The notes beneath the pieces are model-generated. The model did no database searches, was not told where the DNA came from, and saw only the letters and a list, made by a program, of their open reading frames with translations. Of a stretch of 64,000 bases of DNA, positions 28,681 to 37,962 are shown in pieces; the first letter of the stretch is position 1; the number at the start of each line of letters is the position of its first letter. Location of the stretch: positions 1,920,001 to 1,984,000 of the forward strand of contig CBDATQ010000001.1 of NCBI GenBank assembly GCA_965199955.1, read 5' to 3'. The DNA comes from Spirochaetia bacterium (GTDB taxonomy: Bacteria; Spirochaetota; Spirochaetia; SZUA-6; Bin103). The position numbers and the translations under genes were made by a program.

Positions 28681-29838
28681 TAGTCCGAAGTTCCAGGAGC
28701 GAAATTGCCTGAAGTCCTTGTGGTCAGGGTAGTTTCTCAATGGTGCAGGTTCCTGTGCATGGCTACATGCGGGGCGTGAGCCCAAGCAGCTCGAAACAGC
28801 GCTGCTGAACCGGCGTCGGGTGCGTGTGCAGCGTGAACGTGCTGCCGCCCTCTGCACAACCTGCATCGTGTTCGCGGTCAGCGTGCCCAGCTCAATGATC
28901 AGCGTGCGAGCTGTGCACCGGCAACCCGTCCTCGGTGCGCTTGCTTGACGCCTTGGCCGGCGCGGCCGCCGATCGCTGCGCCGGCGCCACTTCGAACAAC
29001 GACGGCGACACCTCACCGGCGGCCACCAGCGTGCGGATCGTCGGCGCGCGCAGCGTCGTGATCCACCGCGTCCCAACTGCGCCAGCTCGCAGTGGCTGCC
29101 CTCGAAGTAGGTCGAGCTCAGGTCGTAGAGCACCAGCGTGTGCTCGCTGAGGTGCTGTTCGGCCAGGCGGTCCTCGATCGCCGCTTTGGCGCCCGACCAA
29201 CCAGTCCATCGCCTCATAGAGCTCGTTCTCATCGACCTCGCCCAGCCGCAGCGACTCGCCCAGGGTGGACACGGCGCTGGCGGTGACAGCGCGCGGGCGG
29301 TGGCCAGCTTGGACTGCGCGTCGATGACGCGGGCGGTGATCATGGCGATGACCAACTCGCGCGAGCGGCTGGTCTTGCCGGCGATGAGGGTTATGGAGTC
29401 CGAGCTGCTTGAGGAGGCCCAGCACGGCGGCGAGGTGGCCGTGGGGCAGCGAGCGGCGTGAGCAGCAACGGATCCGAGACCGAGGCGAAGGCGTGGCCGC
29501 TCTTGAGCAGGGTGCGCAAGCCGTCGACCAGATCAGGGGGCCATGTGGAGAGGTTCGCGAGCGTGCGCTTCATGAGCTTGCCGTGCTCGCGGCAGGACTC
29601 GCGGAGCAGGATGGCAGGGGAGAGGAGCGGTTGGGGATGGACTTGATGTACCTGACTACCGATCTGTGGCACAGCATGCACCCAAATCGCGATATGTAAA
29701 GATCAGATAGCATGTCCTTCGCCGCTATTCACCCCCAATTACATGGACACGAGACGACGCCAATCAGCACGCAGATCACCTTGCACTAATTTCTGTCAAT
29801 GAAGTTACGAGAGATTCACGCTCTGGAACTTCGGGCTA
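28681..29838 (-). mobile_element. Degenerate IS1634-family (IS4 superfamily-like) insertion sequence with terminal inverted repeats
   Basis: Transposase fragments LLRES.RE.GK..KRTLANLS, SKLAT, LYEAMDWL, LVLYDLSSTYFEG, WITTLR and PTPVQQRCFELL in shifting frames; TIRs TAGTCCGAAGTTCCAG (28681-28696) and the reverse complement of 29823-29838 match 15/16. Confidence 0.85.
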
Positions 29839-30145
29839 TAGTCCATGTCGGGTGACATCCGCCTCAGCCACGGCCTGGCACGTTCCTTTTGCATACCAGG
29901 TAAAACAGGTGTGCATGCGAGAGGGTGCCTGAGGAGGCGTCAGTGCCGGGTGAGACCCTCGGCGAGTCGATCTACGAGACCGCCGACCGCCACGGACCGC
30001 ACAAGCTGATCGCCGTGACCGTGAACCGCGCCGAGCTTCTACGTCACCGAGTCCCGCGACCTGCCCCTGGACATCATCGACCTCCGCAAGTACCGCCTGC
30101 GCGTCGGGAGTTGAGGAGCCTGCGCCGCGCGTCGACGATCGGGAC

Positions 30146-30312
30146 ATGCTGCCAACGCGTATCACGCTCCGCACCGAGTTTCGCATCGGCCGCGTCGACC
30201 GCGAGTCCTGGAGGACGCGCTGGTGATGGCCGGCTTCCTGCACAGCTTCGTGCGCCACGCGGACGTGGTGAAGATCGCCAACCTGGCGCAGAACGTGATC
30301 GCGCCGCTGATC
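30146..30312 (+). pseudogene. Collapsed alpha-L-arabinofuranosidase (GH51) remnant
   Basis: Manual translation: [19 protein letters not shown] joined out of frame to [35 protein letters not shown], a recognisable GH51 motif. Confidence 0.75.
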
Positions 30313-30433
30313 AGACCGAGCCGCCGCCTGCTGCGAGGCTGGTGCCACGATCATCGAGTCCTCGTCTTCCGATGAGATCAATCTGACCGACTCAAGTTTG
30401 CTGGATCAAGTCAAGCGTCACACCGTGCGCGGC

Positions 30434-31399
30434 TCAGTCGCCGACGGGTTGGGCGACTGAGCCGAACGTGGCTGCCAGACGGTCGACGTGCGCGGCGGCG
30501 AGCGGCCCGCGCTCGATCAAGCGGGCGGTCTGCGCGAGCTTGCGCTCGTCGACGGTCCCGCACATCACCGTCGTAACCCCGGGAGTGTAGGCCGCGTAGC
30601 GGTAGGCGGCCTCTAAGAGCGACTCGCAGTCGCCGTCGGCGGTGAGCCAGCCAAGCGGATCGTCGGCTGGCAGGGGGGCGTCCAGCAGGCCGTCACGGCG
30701 CAGCTCGTCGATGACCTGACGCACGCGTTCGGCGCTCGGGAACACGCGCCGTACCGTGAAGATGTTGAGCACGCCCACGTCCTGGCGCCGGCAAGCCGGG
30801 AACAGCGAGCGCTGCGCCGACTGGTTGATCAGGTTGTGGCCGACCATCACCACGTCGGCCAGGTCCGCCGGCAGCAGGTGGCGCAGCCAGAGGTGCGTGC
30901 CGTCCGAGCGGGTCTGCTCGCTCGAGCCCAGGAAGCGCACCTTGCCCTGACGGCGCAGCCGGTCGAGCACCGGGAACAGATCGTCGACGACGGTGCCGAA
31001 GTGCTCGGGAAGGTCGGCCACCGCCGCCAGCAGGACGTCGACGTAGTCGGTCCGCAGCCGCCGGAGGCTGGCCTCGACCGCCGGGGCCAGCGCCTCCGGA
31101 CGGGCCGGCGTGACCGCGACGCCGGGCGGCGCAACGGCCAGCGGCAGCTTGGTCGACACCACGACCTGGTCGCGCGGCAACTCCTGCAGCGCTTCGCCGA
31201 TCAGCCGCTCGCTGCGTCCGCCGCCGTAGTCGGGCGAGGTGTCGAACACGTTGATGCCGAGGTCGAACGCCCGCCGCAGGAGCCGGACCATGTCGGAGTC
31301 CGGCCGGCCGCTGGCCGCCCCCAGCGGGTCGTAGCCGCCCGAGCCCATGCCCATGATGGAGACCGGCAGGCCGGTGCGTCCCAGGATTCGCCGTGTCAT
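30434..31399 (-). CDS. Aldo/keto reductase
   Basis: LGRTGLPVS, GINVFDTSPDYG, SERLIG, VSTK and SLRRLRTDYVD. Confidence 0.92.
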   Translation of the reverse strand: MTRRILGRTGLPVSIMGMGSGGYDPLGAASGRPDSDMVRLLRRAFDLGINVFDTSPDYGGGRSERLIGEALQELPRDQVVVSTKLPLAVAPPGVAVTPARPEALAPAVEASLRRLRTDYVDVLLAAVADLPEHFGTVVDDLFPVLDRLRRQGKVRFLGSSEQTRSDGTHLWLRHLLPADLADVVMVGHNLINQSAQRSLFPACRRQDVGVLNIFTVRRVFPSAERVRQVIDELRRDGLLDAPLPADDPLGWLTADGDCESLLEAAYRYAAYTPGVTTVMCGTVDERKLAQTARLIERGPLAAAHVDRLAATFGSVAQPVGD

Positions 31400-31420
31400 G
31401 CGGGGCGACTGGCGCTGTCG

Positions 31421-32485
31421 TCAGGCGGCGCCCACGGCCACCGCAGCGCCGCGGTCGGCCGATGCGTAGACGCTGTCCAGGATGCGCTGGATGACCAGCG
31501 CCTGACGCAGGGTGGTCTTGGGCGGGCCGCCGCCCAGGATCGCGCGGCAGAAGTCGGTCACCGGCCAGCGGTGCTGGCGCCACGGATCTTCGGCTCCTTC
31601 CCAGATCACGCGGCTGGCGACGCCCTCGGCGTCCGTCGCCGTGTCCAGGACGATGCGCTTCTGTTCGTCCGGCTCTATCTCCAGCCGCAGCGAGCCGCGG
31701 GTGCCGATCACCTGCCATGCGTGCTCGCGCCGCAGGGCCGAGAACTCGCCCCGTTCCAGGTGCAGGGCCGCGCCGTCCGCGCAGAGCACCAGCGCCACGT
31801 AGTGGCTCTCGCCGTCGGAGCCGGCGGCGACGCGGGAGGCCAGGTGCCCGGCGACCGGCCACGTGCGGGCCAGGGTGAGCTCCGGTTGCAGCCGCCAGCC
31901 GGTGAGTCCGAGCAGGTAGTCCAGGTCGTAGACGGTCCAGTTGGCGGCAATGCCACCGCCGTTCAGGGTACGGCTCACCCGCCACGGTGGCGGCTCCCTG
32001 CCGGTGGGCGGCCTGGCGCCCTCGATCACGCGGCAGTAGATCTCGCGCAACTCGCCCAGCGCTCCGGACGCCACGCACGCTTCGGCGGCGTCGTAGGACT
32101 CGTAGAAGCGGCGGCGCGACGAGCAGCAGGCGGCGATCCGGTCGCCCTGCGCGGCCAGCATCGCCTGCACCTCGGCGGCGTTCAGCGCCGGCGGCTTCTC
32201 GACCAGCACGTGCTTGCCGGCTTCGAGCGCGCTCACGGCGAGCTGCGCCCGGCCGGCGGCGTGCAGGGCCAGCACGACCGCCTCGACCCCGTGATCGTCG
32301 ATCAGCTCCTCCGCGTAGAGGTAGGCCCGCTCGACCCCGAACTCGTCCGCCGCCTCCCGCGCGCGCTCCGGCACTTGGTCGGCGACCGCGGCGAGCGTGA
32401 CCTCCGGGGCCGCGGCCGCGGCGCGCAGGTGGATGGTACCAATCACGCCGCAGCCGATGACGCCAAGCCTCACCGAGCCGTTCAT
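31421..32485 (-). CDS. Gfo/Idh/MocA family oxidoreductase
   Basis: GVIGCGVIG, AGKHVLVEKP and GGG; ATGA overlap with the upstream gene. Confidence 0.92.
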   Translation of the reverse strand: MNGSVRLGVIGCGVIGTIHLRAAAAAPEVTLAAVADQVPERAREAADEFGVERAYLYAEELIDDHGVEAVVLALHAAGRAQLAVSALEAGKHVLVEKPPALNAAEVQAMLAAQGDRIAACCSSRRRFYESYDAAEACVASGALGELREIYCRVIEGARPPTGREPPPWRVSRTLNGGGIAANWTVYDLDYLLGLTGWRLQPELTLARTWPVAGHLASRVAAGSDGESHYVALVLCADGAALHLERGEFSALRREHAWQVIGTRGSLRLEIEPDEQKRIVLDTATDAEGVASRVIWEGAEDPWRQHRWPVTDFCRAILGGGPPKTTLRQALVIQRILDSVYASADRGAAVAVGAA

Positions 32486-33837
32486 GCCGATCCCCATGCC
32501 GAGTCGCGGCAATAGTACACCCGGTTCTGGTAGCCGCCGTCCTCGGGAAAGCCGGGGAGGTGGTGCGACGTGCGGTCGAAGTAGAGGATCCCGCCGGCGC
32601 GGACCTCCTCGGGCGTGCGGGCCGGGCCGCCGGAGACCGGAAGCTCATACTTGGGAGACCGCGCACCGTCCTCCGCGGACAATGCCTCGCGTACGCTGAA
32701 CGTTTCGCCGCCATCGGTCGAGATCAGCCAGACGACCGGGTTGTCGCCGGCCGTGCCCGGTTCCGGCGTGGCGCCGCCGCTCAGGCCGGCGAGCCCGGGC
32801 CGGCTGGGCAGATGACCTGAACAGCCGCTGTGATCGGCCGGCGTCAGGGTCACCAGGGCGCGCAGCACGCCGTCCGCGTCGATCGTGAACGTGCCGCGGC
32901 AGATGGCGGCGCGGTGGTGCGGCCAGGCGTGCTCCAGCGCGTCGATGGAGCGCTGCCGCCAGATTCCCTGGCTGTCGGGCGCGGCCAGGATGAGCTGACC
33001 GGCCCGGTTCAGGTGGTAGAGGTACAGCACGTGCGGGACGCCGGCGGAGTCCAGGGCGACGTTGCCCTGCGCGGCCAGCACCGGCGGCGGCATCGGCTCG
33101 TGGCGGAGGCCGGTGCTCTGGCAGATCACGTCCATCGCGCATGGCCGGGCGGGCGTGGCGGCTGGCTCGCCGCGGAAGGTGCGCCACGTGCGCCCGCCGT
33201 CCGGCGACTGCAGGTAGGCGACCGCCTGGTGGACGCCGCGCTCCTCCCAGACCCCGAACCCCTCGTAGAAGTCGCTGACCACGTGCAGCACCCCGTCCCC
33301 GTCGAAGCAGAACCCGCAGTGGAACGCCGCGTATCCAGGGTAGTCGGCCAGCCGTTCGATGACCTTGCCGACATGACGCCATGGCCCTTCGTGTGGTTTT
33401 GTATACAATTCGACGCCGTTCCAGCGTTCGGCGTTGCGCAGCGCCAGGAACAGGTCGCCGCCGGGGCCGCACACCAAGTAGGGATAGGTGCCGTCGGCCA
33501 CCGGCAGCGGGTCGGTCCAGCCGGCCGCGTCGTTCGCCAGCAGTGAGCGGCGGTAGGTGCAGGGCGTGTTGTGGCCGCTCAGGATCGCGTGCAGGAACCC
33601 GTCGCCGTCGGCGACCAGCACCGCCCGCGCGTGGTCGTCGTAGGCGCTGCCCAGCGTGCAGGTTTCCGACCACGCTCCGCTGTTCAGGTCCAGGGTGCGG
33701 ACCCGGTTGAAGTAGCCCTCGGGCGTCACGTCCTGCCAGGTGACGTGGGTGCGGCGGCCGACGGTGACCACCTTGTTACCGGCCTCGTTGGTCGCCGCCT
33801 GGCTCCCGGCGCTCGACAGCAGGTCCGTCCGGCGCAT
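32482..33837 (-). CDS. BNR-4 repeat-containing protein (putative glycoside hydrolase/lyase)
   Basis: DDH....DGDGFLH, TYPY and Asp-boxes SPDGGRTW/STDGGETF. Confidence 0.75.
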   Translation of the reverse strand: MRRTDLLSSAGSQAATNEAGNKVVTVGRRTHVTWQDVTPEGYFNRVRTLDLNSGAWSETCTLGSAYDDHARAVLVADGDGFLHAILSGHNTPCTYRRSLLANDAAGWTDPLPVADGTYPYLVCGPGGDLFLALRNAERWNGVELYTKPHEGPWRHVGKVIERLADYPGYAAFHCGFCFDGDGVLHVVSDFYEGFGVWEERGVHQAVAYLQSPDGGRTWRTFRGEPAATPARPCAMDVICQSTGLRHEPMPPPVLAAQGNVALDSAGVPHVLYLYHLNRAGQLILAAPDSQGIWRQRSIDALEHAWPHHRAAICRGTFTIDADGVLRALVTLTPADHSGCSGHLPSRPGLAGLSGGATPEPGTAGDNPVVWLISTDGGETFSVREALSAEDGARSPKYELPVSGGPARTPEEVRAGGILYFDRTSHHLPGFPEDGGYQNRVYYCRDSAWGSA

Positions 33838-33840
33838 GGA

Positions 33841-34455
33841 TCAGACAGCGTGCGCTGCGCTGCGGCCGAAGGTGCGGGGCCGGAAGTCCTCCCGGTTGGT
33901 GATGCTGGCGCTGCTGCCGGTGGCGCGAATCACGAACAGGCCCTGCCGGTCCGCATAGGTGTCGGCAGCCTCGTTCGCCTTCAGGTAGGCGACGGCGCCG
34001 TGGATCGTGCGGTTGGCGTAGTCGGGCTGGAGCCGGGTCAGGTGGCGCAGCGTGTCCAGGAAGTGATCGACGTCGCGCTTCAGGGTCGTCCTGACCTCGA
34101 CCGCCACCAGCTCTTCGCCGTTCATCGCGAGGATGTCGATCTCCCACGTGCGTTCGGCGTCGTTGAGCTCCAGGTTGGTGGAGCGGTGCCGGACCGCGAT
34201 GTCGCGCTGGTTCAGGAATCGGATCAGGTCGCCTGCGACGAGCGCTTCGATGAGCTTCCCCCACTGGCCGTTGAACAGGTCGTCGAGCTTGCGCAGGCGA
34301 CGGTCGGTCTCCTTCATCTGGCTACCGGTTTCGGCCCCGGATTCCCGGAGCTCGCGTATGAGTCGGGCGGTCTCTCGCTGGCTCGCCGTCAGCTCGGGGA
34401 GCATGCTCCAGATTTCCTGCGGGGTGGCGTCGTTGCGATCTCCGTTGTCAGCCAT
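33841..34455 (-). CDS. DUF3782 / PD-(D/E)xK-like protein with N-terminal coiled coil
   Basis: KETDRRL, QWGKLIEALV, EIDILAMN..VEVRTTL and GLFVIRATG. Confidence 0.75.
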   Translation of the reverse strand: MADNGDRNDATPQEIWSMLPELTASQRETARLIRELRESGAETGSQMKETDRRLRKLDDLFNGQWGKLIEALVAGDLIRFLNQRDIAVRHRSTNLELNDAERTWEIDILAMNGEELVAVEVRTTLKRDVDHFLDTLRHLTRLQPDYANRTIHGAVAYLKANEAADTYADRQGLFVIRATGSSASITNREDFRPRTFGRSAAHAV

Positions 34456-34700
34456 CAAGGTGCCTCGTCCGGTAGGAAGAGTATAGCGGGAAACCGACAC
34501 ACCAGGGCGTGTGCTGGCGTGCTCACCTCCCGCACTCCCGATAGTGGCCCCGCCGGCGCTGGCGCTTTACGAGTGGGCAAGGTATACGGGCGCAGGCAGT
34601 ACGGGACTCCGGTGTACGTGCTGTAGGGAAATGACTATTCTCCCATCGCGATGAGCGCAGTATTCCGCTCAGCTCCACACACACCAGGAGAGGTTCACTC

Positions 34701-35228
34701 ATGAAGCTCCATACGAAGTTGCTCGCCATTGCCGCCGTCGCCTGTGCGGCCATCTGGGCTCCCGCGGCCGTGTTCGCCGACATGGCCGCGGCGGAGCTCG
34801 TCGATCCCTCCGGATCGGTCATCGGCAAGGCCACGTTCGAGCAGGCCCCGACCGGCGTGCTCATATACGTGGAGGTGGCGGGGCTGCCCCCCGGCCCCCA
34901 CGGCATCCATCTGCATGCGGCCGGCGCCTGCACGCCCGACTTCACGCACGCGACCGGGCATATCAACCCGAACGGGGTGCCGCACGGCCTGCGCCACCCG
35001 GACGGACCGGACAACGGCGACCTGCCCAACCTGTACGTGGGGGACGACGGCTCGGCGAGGGCGGAGTTCTTCACCACGCTCGTGTCGGTCGCAGGCGGCG
35101 ACATGCCGGCGCTGCTGGACGAGGACGGCTCGGCGGTGATCATTCACGAGAATCCCGACGACCACCTGACCCAGCCCATCGGCGGCGCGGGCGGGCGCAT
35201 CGCCTGCGGCGTCATCGTGAGCATGTGA
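34701..35228 (+). CDS. sodC: Cu/Zn superoxide dismutase, secreted
   Basis: Signal peptide, HGIHLH, GHINP, GDLPNL, IIHENPDD and GGAGGRIACG; AGGAG RBS. Confidence 0.93.
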   Translation: MKLHTKLLAIAAVACAAIWAPAAVFADMAAAELVDPSGSVIGKATFEQAPTGVLIYVEVAGLPPGPHGIHLHAAGACTPDFTHATGHINPNGVPHGLRHPDGPDNGDLPNLYVGDDGSARAEFFTTLVSVAGGDMPALLDEDGSAVIIHENPDDHLTQPIGGAGGRIACGVIVSM

Positions 35229-35308
35229 CCGGGGCCTGAGGCGCCGGCCGAGCGGCAGAGGGCATCATCACGGCACGGCGCGACGCCGGACCGCCGGCGC
35301 TGCTCGAC

Positions 35309-36070
35309 GTGGAGGGCATGTGCCTCCGGTTCGGCGGCCTGACCGTGCTGGATGACGTGTCGTTGCGGGTTCCGGCCGGCAGCATCACGGCGCTCATCGG
35401 GCCGAACGGGGCAGGCAAGACCAGCCTGTTCAACGCAGTCTCCGGGTGCTATCGGCCACAGGCGGGAATCACCAGGCTCGCCGGGTCGGATGTCACGCAC
35501 CTGCCGGCGGCGCGGCGCGCCGCGCTGGGCATGGCACGCACGTTTCAGAACATCGCCCTGTTTCCCGGCATGACGGTGCTGGACAACATCAAGCTGGGCG
35601 GCCACGTGCACCTGCGCGCCGGCGTACCGGCGGCGGGGCTGTACGCGGGCCGCGCGCGGCGGGAGGAACGGCGGCTGCAGTCGGAGATCGAGGGCGGCCT
35701 CGCCGAGCTGGTCGGCATCGCCGACGACCTGCACGTGCCGGCGTCGACGCTTGCCTACGGCCTGCAGAAACGGGTGGAGCTGGCACGTGCGCTGGCGTTG
35801 CGCCCCCGGCTGCTGCTGCTGGATGAGCCGGTCGCCGGCATGAACCGCCGCGAGCGGGAGGAGATGGTGGAGCTCATTCTCACCCTCAGGCGTCAGCGCG
35901 GCGTGACGATCCTGCTGGTCGAGCACGACATGAGCGTGGTGATGGACATCTCCGACGGGGTGGTCGTACTGGACTTCGGCCGCGTGATCGCGGCCGGCAC
36001 GCCGGCGGCCGTGCGTGATGATCCGGCGGTGGTCGCCGCGTATCTCGGGACCGCGGCCGAACGGCGCTGA
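35309..36070 (+). CDS. Branched-chain amino acid-type ABC transporter ATP-binding protein (LivG-like)
   Basis: GPNGAGKT, RTFQN, LAYGLQKRVELARAL, LLLDEP and VEHDM; start uncertain. Confidence 0.9.
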   Translation: MEGMCLRFGGLTVLDDVSLRVPAGSITALIGPNGAGKTSLFNAVSGCYRPQAGITRLAGSDVTHLPAARRAALGMARTFQNIALFPGMTVLDNIKLGGHVHLRAGVPAAGLYAGRARREERRLQSEIEGGLAELVGIADDLHVPASTLAYGLQKRVELARALALRPRLLLLDEPVAGMNRREREEMVELILTLRRQRGVTILLVEHDMSVVMDISDGVVVLDFGRVIAAGTPAAVRDDPAVVAAYLGTAAERR

Positions 36071-36942
36071 TGGAGTTCTTTCTCGAGATCAGCCTGGTCG
36101 GCCTTGCCGTGGGCGGGGTCTACGCGCTGATCGCACTGGGCTACGTGATCGTCTACCGCACCACCCGGGTGGTCAACTTCGCGCACGGCAACCTGATGAT
36201 GTTCGGAGCCTACTTCTTCTTCACCTTCGCGGTACTGCTGGAGCTTGCCTGGTGGGCCGCGCTGCCGCTGTCGATCTGTGCCGCAGCGGTGCTGGGTGCA
36301 GGGATCGAGCGCGTCCTGATGCGCCCGCTGCTCCGGCGGGAGACGACCGTGGCGGTGCTGGCGACCATCGGCCTGGCGGCCGTCCTGCACGGGCTGGTGC
36401 AGATGATCTGGAGGCCGCGCGACTTCCTGCTGCCGTCGATCTTTCCGGAGCGGCCGATCGTCATCGGCGGCATGTACCTTCCCGCCAACACCGGCTTCGG
36501 GGCGCTGGTGGCCCTGGCCGCGGTCGAGGTGTTCCTGGTGCTGTTCCGGGTCACCCGGATCGGCCTTGCCATGCGCGCTACCGCCTCCGACCAGGTTGCG
36601 GCCAGCTCGCTGGGCATCGACGTGCCGGCGACGTTCAACCTGACCTGGGCCTGCGCCGCCGCCAGCGCGGCGCTCGCCGGGGTCGTGGTCGCCTCGATCA
36701 CGACGCTCAATCCGTCCATGGGCCTGATCGGGCTGTCCGTGCTGGCGGTCGTCATCCTGGGCGGCCTCGACAGCCTGGCGGGGGCCGTACTCGCCGGCCT
36801 GATCATCGGCTGGCTGGAGGCGGTTACCGGCTTCTACCTGGGGGCGTCGTACAAGGACGTGGTCCCGTTCGCGGTGATGCTGGTGATCCTGATGGTCCGC
36901 CCGCACGGATTGCTGGGCACCCCCCGGGTGGAACGGCTGTGA
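36070..36942 (+). CDS. Branched-chain amino acid-type ABC permease (LivH-like)
   Basis: YALIALG..VVNFAHG, GLAMRA, ILGG and RPHGLLG. Confidence 0.92.
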   Translation: MEFFLEISLVGLAVGGVYALIALGYVIVYRTTRVVNFAHGNLMMFGAYFFFTFAVLLELAWWAALPLSICAAAVLGAGIERVLMRPLLRRETTVAVLATIGLAAVLHGLVQMIWRPRDFLLPSIFPERPIVIGGMYLPANTGFGALVALAAVEVFLVLFRVTRIGLAMRATASDQVAASSLGIDVPATFNLTWACAAASAALAGVVVASITTLNPSMGLIGLSVLAVVILGGLDSLAGAVLAGLIIGWLEAVTGFYLGASYKDVVPFAVMLVILMVRPHGLLGTPRVERL

Positions 36943-37958
36943 CCGGCGGTGGAACCGCGTTCGGCGGTCGGACCGCGTCCGGCACGGCAGTGCTGGCCGC
37001 GGCGGTGCTGGCCCTGCCCCTGACCGGCAACAGCTATCACCTGCACATGGCCTGCATGATCGGCATCAACGTGATCAGCGCCACCGGGCTCAACCTGATT
37101 ACCGGCTATGCGGGCATGGTATCGCTTGGCCACGCGGCGTTCATGGGGGTGGGCGCCTACGGGGTGGCCTGGTTCAGCGCCCATCTCGGGCTGCCATTCT
37201 ACCTCTGCCTGCCGCTTGGCGGCCTGCTGGCCGCGGCGGTCGGGATGATCGCCGGCCTGCCGTCCCTGAGGCTGAAGGGGCTGTACCTGGCGATGGCCAC
37301 CCTTGCGGCGCAGTTCATCCTCATCTTCGTGTTCAACGAGTGGGAGCCGGTGACCGGCGGCCGGGGCGGCACGCCGGTGGCGCCCGCCCGGATCGGCGGG
37401 CTCACGCTCACCACAGAGCGGGAGTGGTACCTGCTGATCGCTCCCCTGACGGTGGGCGCGCTGTTGGTCGCGCGCAACCTGTTCCGGACCCGCGTCGGCC
37501 GCGCATTCATCGCGCTGCGCGACCGCGAGATCGCCGCATCGGTGCTGGGCGTCGACCCGCGGCGCTACAAGCTGATCGCATTCGGCGTCAGCTCCTTCTA
37601 CGCCGGCGTCGCCGGCGGCCTGATGGCCTACTTCTTCCGGGTCGTGACCCCCGGTCAGTTCGGCTTCGACCTGTCGCTGTTCTTCCTGGCGGCGATCGTG
37701 GCGGGCGGCATGGGCACGGTGACGGGCAGCGTGCTCGGCGCCCTGTTCATCACGTTGACGCCGGAGCTCTTCGCCTGGGTCACCGGGGTGTTCGGCCCGC
37801 ACGTCGCCGGGCTGCTGTCGCCCGCCCGCGAGGTGCTGTTCGGCCTGCTCATCGTCGGTTTCCTGACGTTCGAGCCGCAGGGCATGGCGGGCATCGTTAG
37901 ACGAGTGCGGAACCTGCTGTCTAGAATGGCGAATACGAACACACGAGAGGAGGAGTAG
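36939..37958 (+). CDS. Branched-chain amino acid-type ABC permease (LivM-like)
   Basis: GLNLITGYAGMVSLGHAAF, LRLKGLYLAMATL and GRAFIALRD; GTGA overlap with the upstream gene. Confidence 0.92.
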   Translation: MTGGGTAFGGRTASGTAVLAAAVLALPLTGNSYHLHMACMIGINVISATGLNLITGYAGMVSLGHAAFMGVGAYGVAWFSAHLGLPFYLCLPLGGLLAAAVGMIAGLPSLRLKGLYLAMATLAAQFILIFVFNEWEPVTGGRGGTPVAPARIGGLTLTTEREWYLLIAPLTVGALLVARNLFRTRVGRAFIALRDREIAASVLGVDPRRYKLIAFGVSSFYAGVAGGLMAYFFRVVTPGQFGFDLSLFFLAAIVAGGMGTVTGSVLGALFITLTPELFAWVTGVFGPHVAGLLSPAREVLFGLLIVGFLTFEPQGMAGIVRRVRNLLSRMANTNTREEE

Positions 37959-37962
37959 CGGG

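Noticed and set aside
35225..35240. In-frame TGA upstream of livG as selenocysteine or readthrough
   Set aside because: It lies in a non-conserved leader, at no Cys-equivalent position, and no SECIS-like element could be supported.
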